Shown: positions 19,305-29,310, counted from the stretch's first letter. The stretch is 64,000 bases of DNA from Burkholderiales bacterium (GCA_030603635.1 JAUVXK010000001.1:4408-68407), one strand, 5' to 3'. Made by a program: numbers and translations. Notes: a model not told the origin generated them from the letters alone.

Positions 19305-20867
19305 ATGTCACTTCTCACCGATTTCCAGAGTTATGCCGATGCACAGGCGCAGTTTTCACCAGCCAAGTTGTGGGAGCTGTTTGATGGTGATCGCGAGTCG
19401 TTCAACATCGCTCACGAATGCGTGGATCGTCATGCGGTCAAAGACAAGGAGGCTCTTATCGTGGTCCATGCGGAGGGCGCCGATGAGTCTGTGACCTACG
19501 CGGAGTTGGCGGCAGATTCTTCACGTTTTGCGCATTACCTAGAAAGTCAGGGTGTTCAGCGAGGTGACCGTGTAGCCATCATGCTGGAGCCTTCAAGGGC
19601 CTTTTACACGGCCATGTTCGGGGTCATCAAACGTGGCGCCATTGCAGTGCCGATGTTCACCCTGTTTGGCCCTGATGGGATACGCCTGCGAGTGAACGAC
19701 TGCAAACCCGCCCTGCTGGTAACCAACACACAAAAGGCGGAAGATGCCCAGGCAGGCAACAGCTCGGTACCCATTCAGGTGTACGACACAGGCTTCGCCG
19801 ATTCGTTGCAGCTGCTGCCTACACGCTACAAGGTTGACTCGCGTGCAGACGACATGGCGGTCTTTCAGTACACCTCGGGCACGACGCGGGAATTGCCTGA
19901 AGCCGTCAAACATACGCATCGGGCACTGGTTACCTTGATGGTGGCGGCCCTATACGGTACCGGGCTTCGCCCTGGTGACCGGTTCTTTTGCCCTTCATCC
20001 CCTGCATGGGGGCATGGGCTGTGGCACGGAACGCTGGCCCCTCTGGCACTGGGGCTGACTGTGGGAGCGTACAGCGGGCGTTTCAATCCGGTTCGGCTGA
20101 TCCAGGCATTGTCAAAGCATCGCTTCACCAATATGTCTGCAGCAGCAACGCACTACCGCATGATCAAAAACTGTGGCGAAGCAGAGCGCTATCCATGCTT
20201 TTTCGACAAGCTCTCATTTACCGGTGAGCCCATTGACGACGACACGGCCGACTTCCTCCAGCGCACCTATGGCTTGGAGGTGTGCAGCATGTACGGCACC
20301 ACTGAAATCGGGGTGGTGTTGGCGAACTACCCGGGCGCCAAGGACTTCCCGGTCAAACGGGGATCGTTGGGCAAAGCGGTCCCGGGCACCCGGGTGGAAG
20401 TTCACGATGCCGACGGTCACGTCTGCCCGGTTGGCGTGACAGGCCAGCTCGTGGTGTGGCGTCGCAACGAATGGGTACCGACCAAAGATTTGGGTCGGAT
20501 TGACGAGGATGGGTACCTCTACCACGGTGGTCGAGCAGACGATGTGATCATCTCGGCAGGCTGGACCATGAGCGCCGTTGAAATTGAAAACGTGATGCTC
20601 ATGCATCCCGATGTGCTTGAAGCCGCCGCCATTGGCGTGCCTGACGAACTGCGAGGCCAGGTCGTCAAGGGCTTTGTCGTGAGCCGTCGTGAGGGTTCGG
20701 ATGCATTTGTCACTGAACTGCAGGAACTGGTCCGCAACAAGCTCAGCCAACACGAATACCCACGACATGTGGTTTTCGTGCCCGAATTGCCCAAGACGCC
20801 TGCCGGCAAGGTCCATCGCAAGGTGCTTCGTGAGCGTGAAGCTGTACTGCGAGCCGCCCACGCCTGA
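19305..20867 (+). CDS. AMP-forming acyl-CoA synthetase
   Basis: 520 aa. AMP-binding signature FQYTSGTTRELPEAVKHTH, NIAHECVDRHA near the N-terminus, and C-terminal PKTPAGKVHRKVL. Confidence 0.9.
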   Translation: MSLLTDFQSYADAQAQFSPAKLWELFDGDRESFNIAHECVDRHAVKDKEALIVVHAEGADESVTYAELAADSSRFAHYLESQGVQRGDRVAIMLEPSRAFYTAMFGVIKRGAIAVPMFTLFGPDGIRLRVNDCKPALLVTNTQKAEDAQAGNSSVPIQVYDTGFADSLQLLPTRYKVDSRADDMAVFQYTSGTTRELPEAVKHTHRALVTLMVAALYGTGLRPGDRFFCPSSPAWGHGLWHGTLAPLALGLTVGAYSGRFNPVRLIQALSKHRFTNMSAAATHYRMIKNCGEAERYPCFFDKLSFTGEPIDDDTADFLQRTYGLEVCSMYGTTEIGVVLANYPGAKDFPVKRGSLGKAVPGTRVEVHDADGHVCPVGVTGQLVVWRRNEWVPTKDLGRIDEDGYLYHGGRADDVIISAGWTMSAVEIENVMLMHPDVLEAAAIGVPDELRGQVVKGFVVSRREGSDAFVTELQELVRNKLSQHEYPRHVVFVPELPKTPAGKVHRKVLREREAVLRAAHA

Positions 20868-20918
20868 ATGGCTCATAGAAACCCAATACGTATTCATCCA
20901 CCAACGAGGAGACCTTGT

Positions 20919-22058
20919 ATGTCCCAACAGATTGAGCGTAGCTTCCCAAAGATCACAGAAAGTGGTCTTGACGATTTGCGCCAGCGCTTAGGCGTGAAGA
21001 TTGAGAACACTGCTGAGCCATGGTGCTATGAAGCCACGCGCGACAACATTCGCCACTACGCTCATGGCATTGGCGATGACAACCCTTTGTGGTGCGATCC
21101 GGACTATGCGGCCAAGTCGCACTATGGCGGCATCGTGGCACTGCCCAGTTTTCTGTTCTCTACCAGTCGCATCGTCTCGGGCTACGTGGGTGGTCTGCCG
21201 GGTGTGCATGCCATGTGGTCAGGTGCGGACTGGACCTGGCACAAGCCTGTACGTCGCAACGATGAGATCCGGACCGAGGCTTACCTTAAGGATCTGGTCG
21301 AGCACCAAACGCGCTTTGCCGGTCGCGCCATCCAGCAGATCTACCACGTCGACTTCTTCAATCAAGAGGGTGACAAGGTGGCCGAAGCCGACAGCTGGTG
21401 CTTCCGCACAGAGCGTGACCAGGCCCGCGAACACGGCACCAAGTACAAGGAAGTACGCGCCCGCGGACCGCGCCGCTACACCGACGAAGAGCTGCGCGAA
21501 GCCTACAAGCTGTACCGCAGCGAGGAAATTCGGGGGGCCGTGCCGCGCTACTGGGAAGACGTCAACGAAGGCGACGAACTGCCGGTGATGTTCAAGGGTC
21601 CCATGACGGTGACCGGCTTCATCGCTTATGCCCAGGGTTGGGGGGGGCTGTACATCCGCGCCAACAAGTTGGCCTGGAAACTCATCGACGCACACCCGGG
21701 CGTGGGCATCAAAAACAGATTCGGCATACCGGATGTGCCTGAGCGTGTGCACTGGGAAGAAGACTTTGCGCTGGAAGTGGGTGCCCCAGGTGCTTACGAC
21801 TACGGGCCAGAGCGTACGTCTTGGATGACGCACCAACTCACCAACTGGATGGGTGACACAGGCTTCTTGCACAAATCCCATTGCCAGGTGCGTCGCCACA
21901 ATCCTGAAGGAGACATGCTGTTTATCCACGGAAAGGTCAAGCGCAAGTTTGTGGAAAAAGGCAAGCACATGGTTGAAATTGCACAGGAAGCGCGCAACCA
22001 AGACGATGAAGTGTCGGCCATTGGCACGGGTCTCGTCATTCTGCCCAGTCAACGGTAA
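20919..22058 (+). CDS. two-domain MaoC/FAS1-like (double hotdog) acyl dehydratase/enoyl-CoA hydratase
   Basis: ORF 20868..22058 trimmed to MSQQIERSFPK (ATG 20919, GAGGAG upstream). IRHYAHGIGDDNPLWCDP in the N-terminal half and a second hotdog-like C-terminal half. Confidence 0.8.
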   Translation: MSQQIERSFPKITESGLDDLRQRLGVKIENTAEPWCYEATRDNIRHYAHGIGDDNPLWCDPDYAAKSHYGGIVALPSFLFSTSRIVSGYVGGLPGVHAMWSGADWTWHKPVRRNDEIRTEAYLKDLVEHQTRFAGRAIQQIYHVDFFNQEGDKVAEADSWCFRTERDQAREHGTKYKEVRARGPRRYTDEELREAYKLYRSEEIRGAVPRYWEDVNEGDELPVMFKGPMTVTGFIAYAQGWGGLYIRANKLAWKLIDAHPGVGIKNRFGIPDVPERVHWEEDFALEVGAPGAYDYGPERTSWMTHQLTNWMGDTGFLHKSHCQVRRHNPEGDMLFIHGKVKRKFVEKGKHMVEIAQEARNQDDEVSAIGTGLVILPSQR

Positions 22059-22066
22059 AGAGCACG

Positions 22067-23263
22067 ATGAGCGCACCCACACACGGTGCACTGGCGGGGA
22101 TCAAGGTGGTCGATCTGACCCGGGTCCTCGCTGGCCCTCTGTGCACACAGATGCTGTCTGATCACGGGGCTCAAGTGATCAAGGTCGAGCCGCCAACCGG
22201 TGACGAAACGCGCAAGCTGGGTCCGCCCTATGACCGGTTGGGTCATGCCGCCTATTTCTCTGCTCTCAATAGGGGGAAAAAAGCGATCAGTCTGGATCTC
22301 TCCAAGCCGCAAGCTCAGGCGGTTTTGCACAAACTGCTGTCTGACGCGGATGTATTGGTCGAGAATTTTTTACCGGGAACCATGGAGCGATGGGGCTTGG
22401 GATTCGAGCAAACGCTCAAATCCCGATACCCACGGTTGATCTACTGTTCCATCAGTGGATTCGGAGCCGATGGACCACTTGGTGGCCTGCCTGGATACGA
22501 CGCCGTACTCCAAGCCATGTGTGGGTTGATGAGCATCAATGGCGAAGAGTCTGTTGGGGCCGTCAAGGTAGGCATTCCCATTGTCGACCACCTGACGGGC
22601 TATGTGGCCCTGTCAGGCATCTTACTGGCACTTCAGGCCCGAAGTCGTACAAAAAATGGCCAGCGGGTCGAAGCCACGCTCTATGACACCGCCTTGAGCC
22701 TGTTGTTACCACATGCCTCCAACTGGTTCGCCTCCCAGAAACCCCCTGAATTGCTGGGCAGTGCCCATCCCAACATTGCCCCTTATGACAAGTTCCAGGC
22801 AAAGGATGGTGAACTGTTCATCGGAATTCTGAACGACCCACAATTTCGCCGGTTTTGTAGCCATATCGGGCTGGAAGAACTCCCAGACGACCCTCGATTT
22901 GCCAGCAATTCTTCGCGCGTAACCCATCGGCTACAGCTGAAGAAGCTCATTGAAATCGCTATTCAGAACAAAGACAGCGGGCAGCTCTGCGAATCGTTGA
23001 TGCGTGTCGGTGTACCGGCCGGAAGTGTCAATTCCGTGCCGGATGCGTTGAACCATCCACACAGCTTGCACAGAGGCATGGTGATTACCCGAGGGGATTA
23101 CGTGGGGCTGCGTTCTCCAGTACGACTCAAGGATACCCCTGATCAACCAGGGGAGCGCCCCCCAGCGTTCGCACAGCATGCCGACGAAGTCCTGCGCAAT
23201 GCCGGCTTCACCGACGAGGACATCGTGTGTCTACACGAGACGGGTGCTGCGCCCCGCCCTTAG
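22067..23263 (+). CDS. family III (CaiB/BaiF) CoA-transferase
   Basis: LAGIKVVDLTRVLAGPLCTQMLSDHGAQVIKVEPPTGDETR is the canonical N-terminus of the family; 398 aa. Confidence 0.9.
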   Translation: MSAPTHGALAGIKVVDLTRVLAGPLCTQMLSDHGAQVIKVEPPTGDETRKLGPPYDRLGHAAYFSALNRGKKAISLDLSKPQAQAVLHKLLSDADVLVENFLPGTMERWGLGFEQTLKSRYPRLIYCSISGFGADGPLGGLPGYDAVLQAMCGLMSINGEESVGAVKVGIPIVDHLTGYVALSGILLALQARSRTKNGQRVEATLYDTALSLLLPHASNWFASQKPPELLGSAHPNIAPYDKFQAKDGELFIGILNDPQFRRFCSHIGLEELPDDPRFASNSSRVTHRLQLKKLIEIAIQNKDSGQLCESLMRVGVPAGSVNSVPDALNHPHSLHRGMVITRGDYVGLRSPVRLKDTPDQPGERPPAFAQHADEVLRNAGFTDEDIVCLHETGAAPRP

Positions 23264-23304
23264 CGCAGCAGCACAATCCATCAGCCACAAATAGGAGACA
23301 AAGC

Positions 23305-24267
23305 ATGAAACTGCTAGCAACTATCACATTGGCACTGGCTGCCACAGCCAGCACGCTTGCCATGGCCCAGAACACATATCCGAACAGGCCCATCAAGATC
23401 ATCGTGGCCTATCCCGCCGGCCAAGGCACCGACATTGCCACCCGCTACCTATCGGAGCAGGTATCCAGAGAGCTGGGCCAACCCATCGTCATCGAAAACC
23501 GTGCTGGTGCTGGTGGCAACATCGGTACAACCGTCACAGCCCAATCCCCCAACGACGGCTACACGCTGACGATGGGAACGAACGCCACGCACGCCTTGAA
23601 CCAGTTTCTCTACTCCAGCACAGGGTTCGATATTGACAAGGACTTCGAACCGATTGCTCTGGTGGGTACGTTTCCCATGGTGATTGCGGTTCGTGCTGAG
23701 TCGCCGCTGAAATCTGTCTCAGAGTTGGTTGAGGTGGCCAAGAACAACGCGCGAGCTGCGGACATTGCCATGCCAAGTACGACTGCCCGGCTGGTGGTTG
23801 AGCTTTTGAAAGAAGAAACCAAAGCGCCATTATTTGGTGTTCCATACCGGGGTTCAGGGAATGCCATGGCCGACCTGCTCGGCGGCCAACTTTCCATCAT
23901 CGTCGACACGCCCACCGCTCTACGTTCACATATCGGTTCGGGACGCGTACGGGCTATTGGTGTGACATCGAGGCAACCCAGTGGCCTGGTGCCTGGTGTT
24001 CCTACGGTGGCAGAGCAGGGTGTGAGTGGGTTCGAGGTGGTGGCATGGAATGCCTTGTATGCGCCGAAAGGCACCCCCAGAAACGTAATCACAACGCTGA
24101 ACACCGCGTTCAACAGGGTACTAGAGCGTCCGGAAACTCGTCAGCGCTTGCTGGAGTTGGGGTTCGACCCCGCAGGTGGAACACCTGAGGCATTGCATCA
24201 GTTTGCCACTTCGGAGCAGAAGAAGTGGGGACCCATCATACGTAATGCAGGCATCAAGCTTGACTGA
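23305..24267 (+). CDS. Bug-family (TctC-like) periplasmic solute-binding protein
   Basis: ORF 23227..24267 trimmed to MKLLATITLALAATASTLAMAQ (signal; AGGAGA upstream). PIKIIVAYPAGQGTDIATR is the typical Bug motif. No tctA/tctB is adjacent. Confidence 0.9.
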   Translation: MKLLATITLALAATASTLAMAQNTYPNRPIKIIVAYPAGQGTDIATRYLSEQVSRELGQPIVIENRAGAGGNIGTTVTAQSPNDGYTLTMGTNATHALNQFLYSSTGFDIDKDFEPIALVGTFPMVIAVRAESPLKSVSELVEVAKNNARAADIAMPSTTARLVVELLKEETKAPLFGVPYRGSGNAMADLLGGQLSIIVDTPTALRSHIGSGRVRAIGVTSRQPSGLVPGVPTVAEQGVSGFEVVAWNALYAPKGTPRNVITTLNTAFNRVLERPETRQRLLELGFDPAGGTPEALHQFATSEQKKWGPIIRNAGIKLD

Positions 24268-24281
24268 CCTTCAATGAGATC

Positions 24282-24309
24282 GACGTTCCAGTCCACTTGC
24301 TGGAACGTC
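24282..24309 (+). promoter_or_regulatory. intercistronic stem-loop (10-bp perfect stem, 8-nt loop) after the Bug gene
   Basis: GACGTTCCAG (24282-24291), tccacttg, CTGGAACGTC (24300-24309). No T-tract follows. Confidence 0.45.
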
Positions 24310-24338
24310 ACGCTTGTCAACACACCATCGGTAAAAGC

Positions 24339-24758
24339 ATGACCGAAACCGAATTGATTGAGGCCGGTTGGAAGCGGCGTGAGTTGGAAGGTTTCATGGG
24401 TGCAGCTGGTCCCCTATGGACAAAGAGGGTCAATGGGCATTGGGTCTATGGGGTGCTTGCTGATCAATCGCATATGAATCCAGCCGGATGGGTTCATGGC
24501 GGAGCACTCCTGACATGGGCTGATCACGCCATGAGTGCAGTCGCTTGGGAGGCGAGCAACAGACTGCCCTGTGTCACTTTGGATATCTCGGCGCAGTTCA
24601 TTAATGCGGTTCGATCCAATCAGTTTGTTGATGCACATGTGTCAGTGATCCGCGCCTCTCGTCAGTTGGTCTTCATGGCTTGCGATCTTTCGGTAGGTGG
24701 GGAAATAGCCTTACGGGCACATGCCACGCTGAAGGTTCTGAACAAGCCTGCAGGATGA
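24339..24758 (+). CDS. PaaI-family hotdog thioesterase
   Basis: Track ORF starts at a TTG (24297); first ATG is at 24339 (MTETELIEAGW). NPAGWVHGGALLTWADHAMS matches the PaaI/4HBT-II pattern. Confidence 0.8.
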   Translation: MTETELIEAGWKRRELEGFMGAAGPLWTKRVNGHWVYGVLADQSHMNPAGWVHGGALLTWADHAMSAVAWEASNRLPCVTLDISAQFINAVRSNQFVDAHVSVIRASRQLVFMACDLSVGGEIALRAHATLKVLNKPAG

Positions 24759-24764
24759 GCAATC

Positions 24765-25670
24765 ATGAGTGAGCTTAGAATTTGTATGGATACAAAAGCA
24801 AACTGGATGGTATTTCCTCCATCTGTACTCGGCTTAGATCCTTACAGAGCCCGCTCCATGACTCCGTCATCTACCAATGAATCCAAGCTTGAAGTCATCC
24901 CAAAACCCAAGCGGGAACCACGGGTAAGGCCTGTTCCCGCAGTCAGCCGAGCGATTGCCATACTGCGCTTGCTTGGCAGGAACAAGCAGCCCATGGGGGT
25001 GAAGGCCATCGCCGATGAACTGGATCTGGTTCCCAGTACATGTCTGCACATCCTTCGCGTGTTGGTCGCTGAAGACTTGGTCAAGCCCGAAGCAGGAACC
25101 AAGAGATATACCCTTGGCAGTGGGATGATCAGTCTGGCGCGAAATGTGCTGACGGCAGGGGGCTTTGCACAATTGTCACAGCCGGCTCTGGACAGAATTG
25201 CCTCGATTTTCGGTGTCACGGCGATGGGTGTTGAGGTGACGCGGAACCAGTCTGTCATGGTGCTCTCTATCTCGCGCTCAGAACAACCGTTTCGAGTGCA
25301 TACTGATGTGGGCAGTCAGTTTTCAACGCTGGTCAGTGCAACGGGAAGGTTGATTGCTGCTTACAGCGGGGAGAGTACATCGGTACTGAAAAAGAAGTTT
25401 TCCACCATTCCTTGGGATCATCCGCCGAGTTTTTCCCAGTGGATGAAGGAAGTTGAGGAGGGAAAAGTCCGTGGCTGGTGCCTCGACAGAAACAACTTCA
25501 TGAACGGCATTTCCGTACTTGCAGTGCCTGTTTTATCTCGGGATGGCAGGTTGACACACACCCTTGTTTCTGTGGGGCTGTCATCCCACCTCAACGAAAA
25601 CAACTGCGCGGCATTGGCCTCGACGATGAAAGTGGAAGCTCGAGCATTGGAGGAGTTGCTGCTTCAGTAA
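24765..25670 (+). CDS. IclR-family transcriptional regulator (start uncertain: 24765, 24807 or 24858)
   Basis: wHTH GVKAIADELDLVPSTCLHILRVLV plus an IclR effector domain. The first 31 codons are very AT-rich and contain the palindrome, so Met32 (ATG 24858, 270 aa) is an equally plausible start. Confidence 0.85.
   Translation: MSELRICMDTKANWMVFPPSVLGLDPYRARSMTPSSTNESKLEVIPKPKREPRVRPVPAVSRAIAILRLLGRNKQPMGVKAIADELDLVPSTCLHILRVLVAEDLVKPEAGTKRYTLGSGMISLARNVLTAGGFAQLSQPALDRIASIFGVTAMGVEVTRNQSVMVLSISRSEQPFRVHTDVGSQFSTLVSATGRLIAAYSGESTSVLKKKFSTIPWDHPPSFSQWMKEVEEGKVRGWCLDRNNFMNGISVLAVPVLSRDGRLTHTLVSVGLSSHLNENNCAALASTMKVEARALEELLLQ
24781..24796. promoter_or_regulatory. second copy of the operator-like palindrome: TTTGTATGGATACAAA (site 2)
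   Basis: 14 of 16 positions identical to the site at 19217-19232; only the 2 central bases differ. Lies at or within the 5' end of the IclR ORF. Confidence 0.5.
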
Positions 25671-25685
25671 TGAGGCATGCAACCC

Positions 25686-26924
25686 TCAGGCATCCCAAGC
25701 CCGGTCCCCCTGCGCGTCGCGCACGCGCGTGGGCAGGCCCATGCGGTCCATCAGGTGCAGAAAGGGCGCTGGGTCCAGGTCCTCGACGTTGACCATGGTG
25801 CCGGTGTCCCAGGTGCCGTCGGCGATCAGCAACGCGGCGGCCACCGGCGGTACTCCCGCGGTGTACGAAATGCCCTGGCTGCCGACCTCCGCATAGGCCT
25901 CGGCGTGGTCGGCCACGTTGTAGATGAAAACCTCGGTCTCTTGCCCGTTCTTCGTGCCCCTGACCCAGTCGCCAATGCAGGTCTTGCCGGTGTAACTCGG
26001 CGCCAGGCTGGCCGGGTCGGGTAGCACGGCCTTGACGACTTTCAGCGGCACCACTTCCAGCCCTTCGGCGGTTTTCACCGGCTGTTCGGACAGCAGACCC
26101 AGGTTGTTGAGCACGGTGAAGACGTTGATGTAGTGCTCGCCAAAGCCCATCCAGAAGCGTAGGTCGGCCTGGGGGTAGCGGCTGGCCAGCGAGTGCAGTT
26201 CGTCGTGGCCGGTGAGGTAGGCCTTCTGCGGGCCCACCACCGGCAGGTCCCAGGTCTGGCTGACTTCGAACATCTTATTCGGCGTCCATTGCCCGTTCTG
26301 CCACGACAGCACGGTGCCGGTGAACTCGCGGAAGTTGACCTCGGGGTCGAAGTTGGTGGCGAACCAGCGGTCGTGCTTGCCCGCATTGATGTCGACGATG
26401 TCGATGCTGCGGAGGGTGTCGAAGAAGCGGTCTTCTGCCAGGCGCGCATAGGCGTTCACCACACCGGGGTCGAAGCCGACCCCCAGCACGGCCGTGACAC
26501 CGGCGGCAGCGCAGCGCTCGCGCCGCTTCCACTCATGGTTGGCGTACCAGGGTGGGGATTCGCAGATCTTCAGCAGGTCTTCGTGGATGGCGGTGTCCAT
26601 GTAGGCGGCGCCGGTGTCGATGCAGGCCTCCAGCACCGACATGTTGACGAAGGCGCTGCCCAGGTTGATGACGATCTGCGCGCCCGTGCGCCGGATGAGT
26701 TCGGCCACGGCCGGTGTGTCCATGGCGTCGATGGTGTGGGCCTGCAACACACCGGGCACCTTGAGGCTGCCCTTGCCGTGGATGGAGGCGATGATGGCCT
26801 CGCACTTGGCTATCTTGCGCGAGGCGATGTGGATGTCGCCCAGCACGTCGTTGTTCTGGGCGCATTTGTGCGCCGCCACTTGAGCCACGCCACCGGCGCC
26901 GATGATGAGCACATTGCGCTTCAT
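25686..26924 (-). CDS. carboxynorspermidine/carboxyspermidine dehydrogenase (saccharopine dehydrogenase family)
   Basis: MKRNVLIIGAGGVAQVAAHKCAQN (Rossmann) and PPWYANHEWKRRE; 412 aa. Downstream of nspC on the same strand. Confidence 0.88.
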   Translation of the reverse strand: MKRNVLIIGAGGVAQVAAHKCAQNNDVLGDIHIASRKIAKCEAIIASIHGKGSLKVPGVLQAHTIDAMDTPAVAELIRRTGAQIVINLGSAFVNMSVLEACIDTGAAYMDTAIHEDLLKICESPPWYANHEWKRRERCAAAGVTAVLGVGFDPGVVNAYARLAEDRFFDTLRSIDIVDINAGKHDRWFATNFDPEVNFREFTGTVLSWQNGQWTPNKMFEVSQTWDLPVVGPQKAYLTGHDELHSLASRYPQADLRFWMGFGEHYINVFTVLNNLGLLSEQPVKTAEGLEVVPLKVVKAVLPDPASLAPSYTGKTCIGDWVRGTKNGQETEVFIYNVADHAEAYAEVGSQGISYTAGVPPVAAALLIADGTWDTGTMVNVEDLDPAPFLHLMDRMGLPTRVRDAQGDRAWDA

Positions 26925-27008
26925 GTCGTCGAATGCCTTTCGTCGGAGGGGGTTTGAAGGAAAACGGGCCCGCCCGCCCTGTGGCGGGTCGGATCGTTCA
27001 GGGAAGTC

Positions 27009-28115
27009 TCAGGACAACGCCGAGGCGAAGTCCGCGTAGCCGAAGTCGCGCACCAGACGTACCTGACCATTGAGTTCGCGCACCGCAATGGCCGGCATCT
27101 TCACGCCGTTGAACCAGTTCTTCTTGACCATGGTGTAAGCGGCTGCGTCCTCGATGGACAGGCGGTCGCCGACTTGCAGGGGTTGGGCAAAACGGTACTC
27201 GCCGAAGATGTCGCCGGCCAGGCAGGACTTGCCGCACACCATCCATGCGTGCGGGCCCTGGTTGGGCTCGATGCGACCGCTGTAGCGGTAGACCAGCAGG
27301 TCGAGCATGTGGGCCTCGATCGAGCTGTCCACAATGGCCAGGTTCTTGCCGTTGTGCAGGGTGTCGAGCACGGTGACCTCCAGCGTGGTGGAGTTGGCCA
27401 CCGCCGCCTCGCCCGGCTCCAGGTACACCTGCACCCCGTACTCGCCGGCGAACCGCTTGAGCCGCTCGGCGAACGCGGCCAATGGATAGTCAGGGTGGGT
27501 GAAGGCGATGCCGCCGCCCAGGCTGATCCAGTCCATGCGCCGGATCAGATGACCGAAGCGTTGTTCGATGTGGTCAAGCATTTCGCCGAAGCGTTCCAGC
27601 CGGCCGTTCTCGCAGTTGTTGTGGAACATGAAGCCGCTGATGCCACCGATCTCGTGCAGCGCTCTCTCGATCGCCGCCGGGTCGTGCTCGCCCAGGCGCG
27701 AAAAGGGCCGGGCCGGGTCGGCCAGGTCAAAGCTGGACGAACTCACGCCGGGGTTCACGCGCAGGCCACGCACCTTGGCGCGCGAGGCCGCATCGAAGCG
27801 CCGCAACTGGCCCAGGGTGTTGAAGATGATCTTGTCGCAGCGGCCCACCACCTCGTCGATTTCGTGGTCGGCCCAGGCCACCGAGTAAGCGTGGGTCTCG
27901 CCCGGAAACTTCTCGCGGCCCAGGCGCACCTCGTAGAGCGAGGAACTGGTGGTGCCGTCCATGTACTCGGCCATGAGATCGAACACCGACCAGGTGGCAA
28001 AGCACTTGAGGGCGAGCAGGGACTTGGCACCCGAGGCCTGGCGCAACCAGGCCATCTTCTCCAGGTTGGGAAGCAGGCGGGCTTTGTCGATGAGGTAGTA
28101 CGGTGTCTGGATCAT
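27009..28115 (-). CDS. nspC: carboxynorspermidine/carboxyspermidine decarboxylase
   Basis: MIQTPYYLIDKARLLPNLEKM...LLALKCFATWSVFDLM...GTTSSSLYEV; 368 aa, PLP-dependent decarboxylase fold. Confidence 0.88.
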   Translation of the reverse strand: MIQTPYYLIDKARLLPNLEKMAWLRQASGAKSLLALKCFATWSVFDLMAEYMDGTTSSSLYEVRLGREKFPGETHAYSVAWADHEIDEVVGRCDKIIFNTLGQLRRFDAASRAKVRGLRVNPGVSSSSFDLADPARPFSRLGEHDPAAIERALHEIGGISGFMFHNNCENGRLERFGEMLDHIEQRFGHLIRRMDWISLGGGIAFTHPDYPLAAFAERLKRFAGEYGVQVYLEPGEAAVANSTTLEVTVLDTLHNGKNLAIVDSSIEAHMLDLLVYRYSGRIEPNQGPHAWMVCGKSCLAGDIFGEYRFAQPLQVGDRLSIEDAAAYTMVKKNWFNGVKMPAIAVRELNGQVRLVRDFGYADFASALS

Positions 28116-28198
28116 GGGCGGTCACGACATCGGCTGGTCGGCAAGAGCCTTCGATTATCGCAACCCCCCATGCCAGGGGACGTCTTTTCCCGAAATCC

Positions 28199-29236
<1,038 letters not shown>

Positions 29237-29310
29237 GGGTTGATTTTCATGCGTCTGGCATGTCCTTGCAGGACAATGGCGGTTTCGAGATCGTTTTACA
29301 ACATCACCAA

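Noticed and set aside
23305-24267. Bug/TctC receptors (also 34955-35950) lacking tctA/tctB partners, considered as an anomaly.
   Set aside because: Orphan Bug-family receptors scattered next to catabolic operons are the rule in Bordetella and Comamonadaceae-type genomes. This is not unusual in itself.
26973-26988. CCCGCC-ctgt-GGCGGG hairpin between nspC and the dehydrogenase gene as a terminator.
   Set aside because: The stem is short (6 bp), and the only T-run on the transcribed strand is separated from it by 8 nt. Too weak to call.
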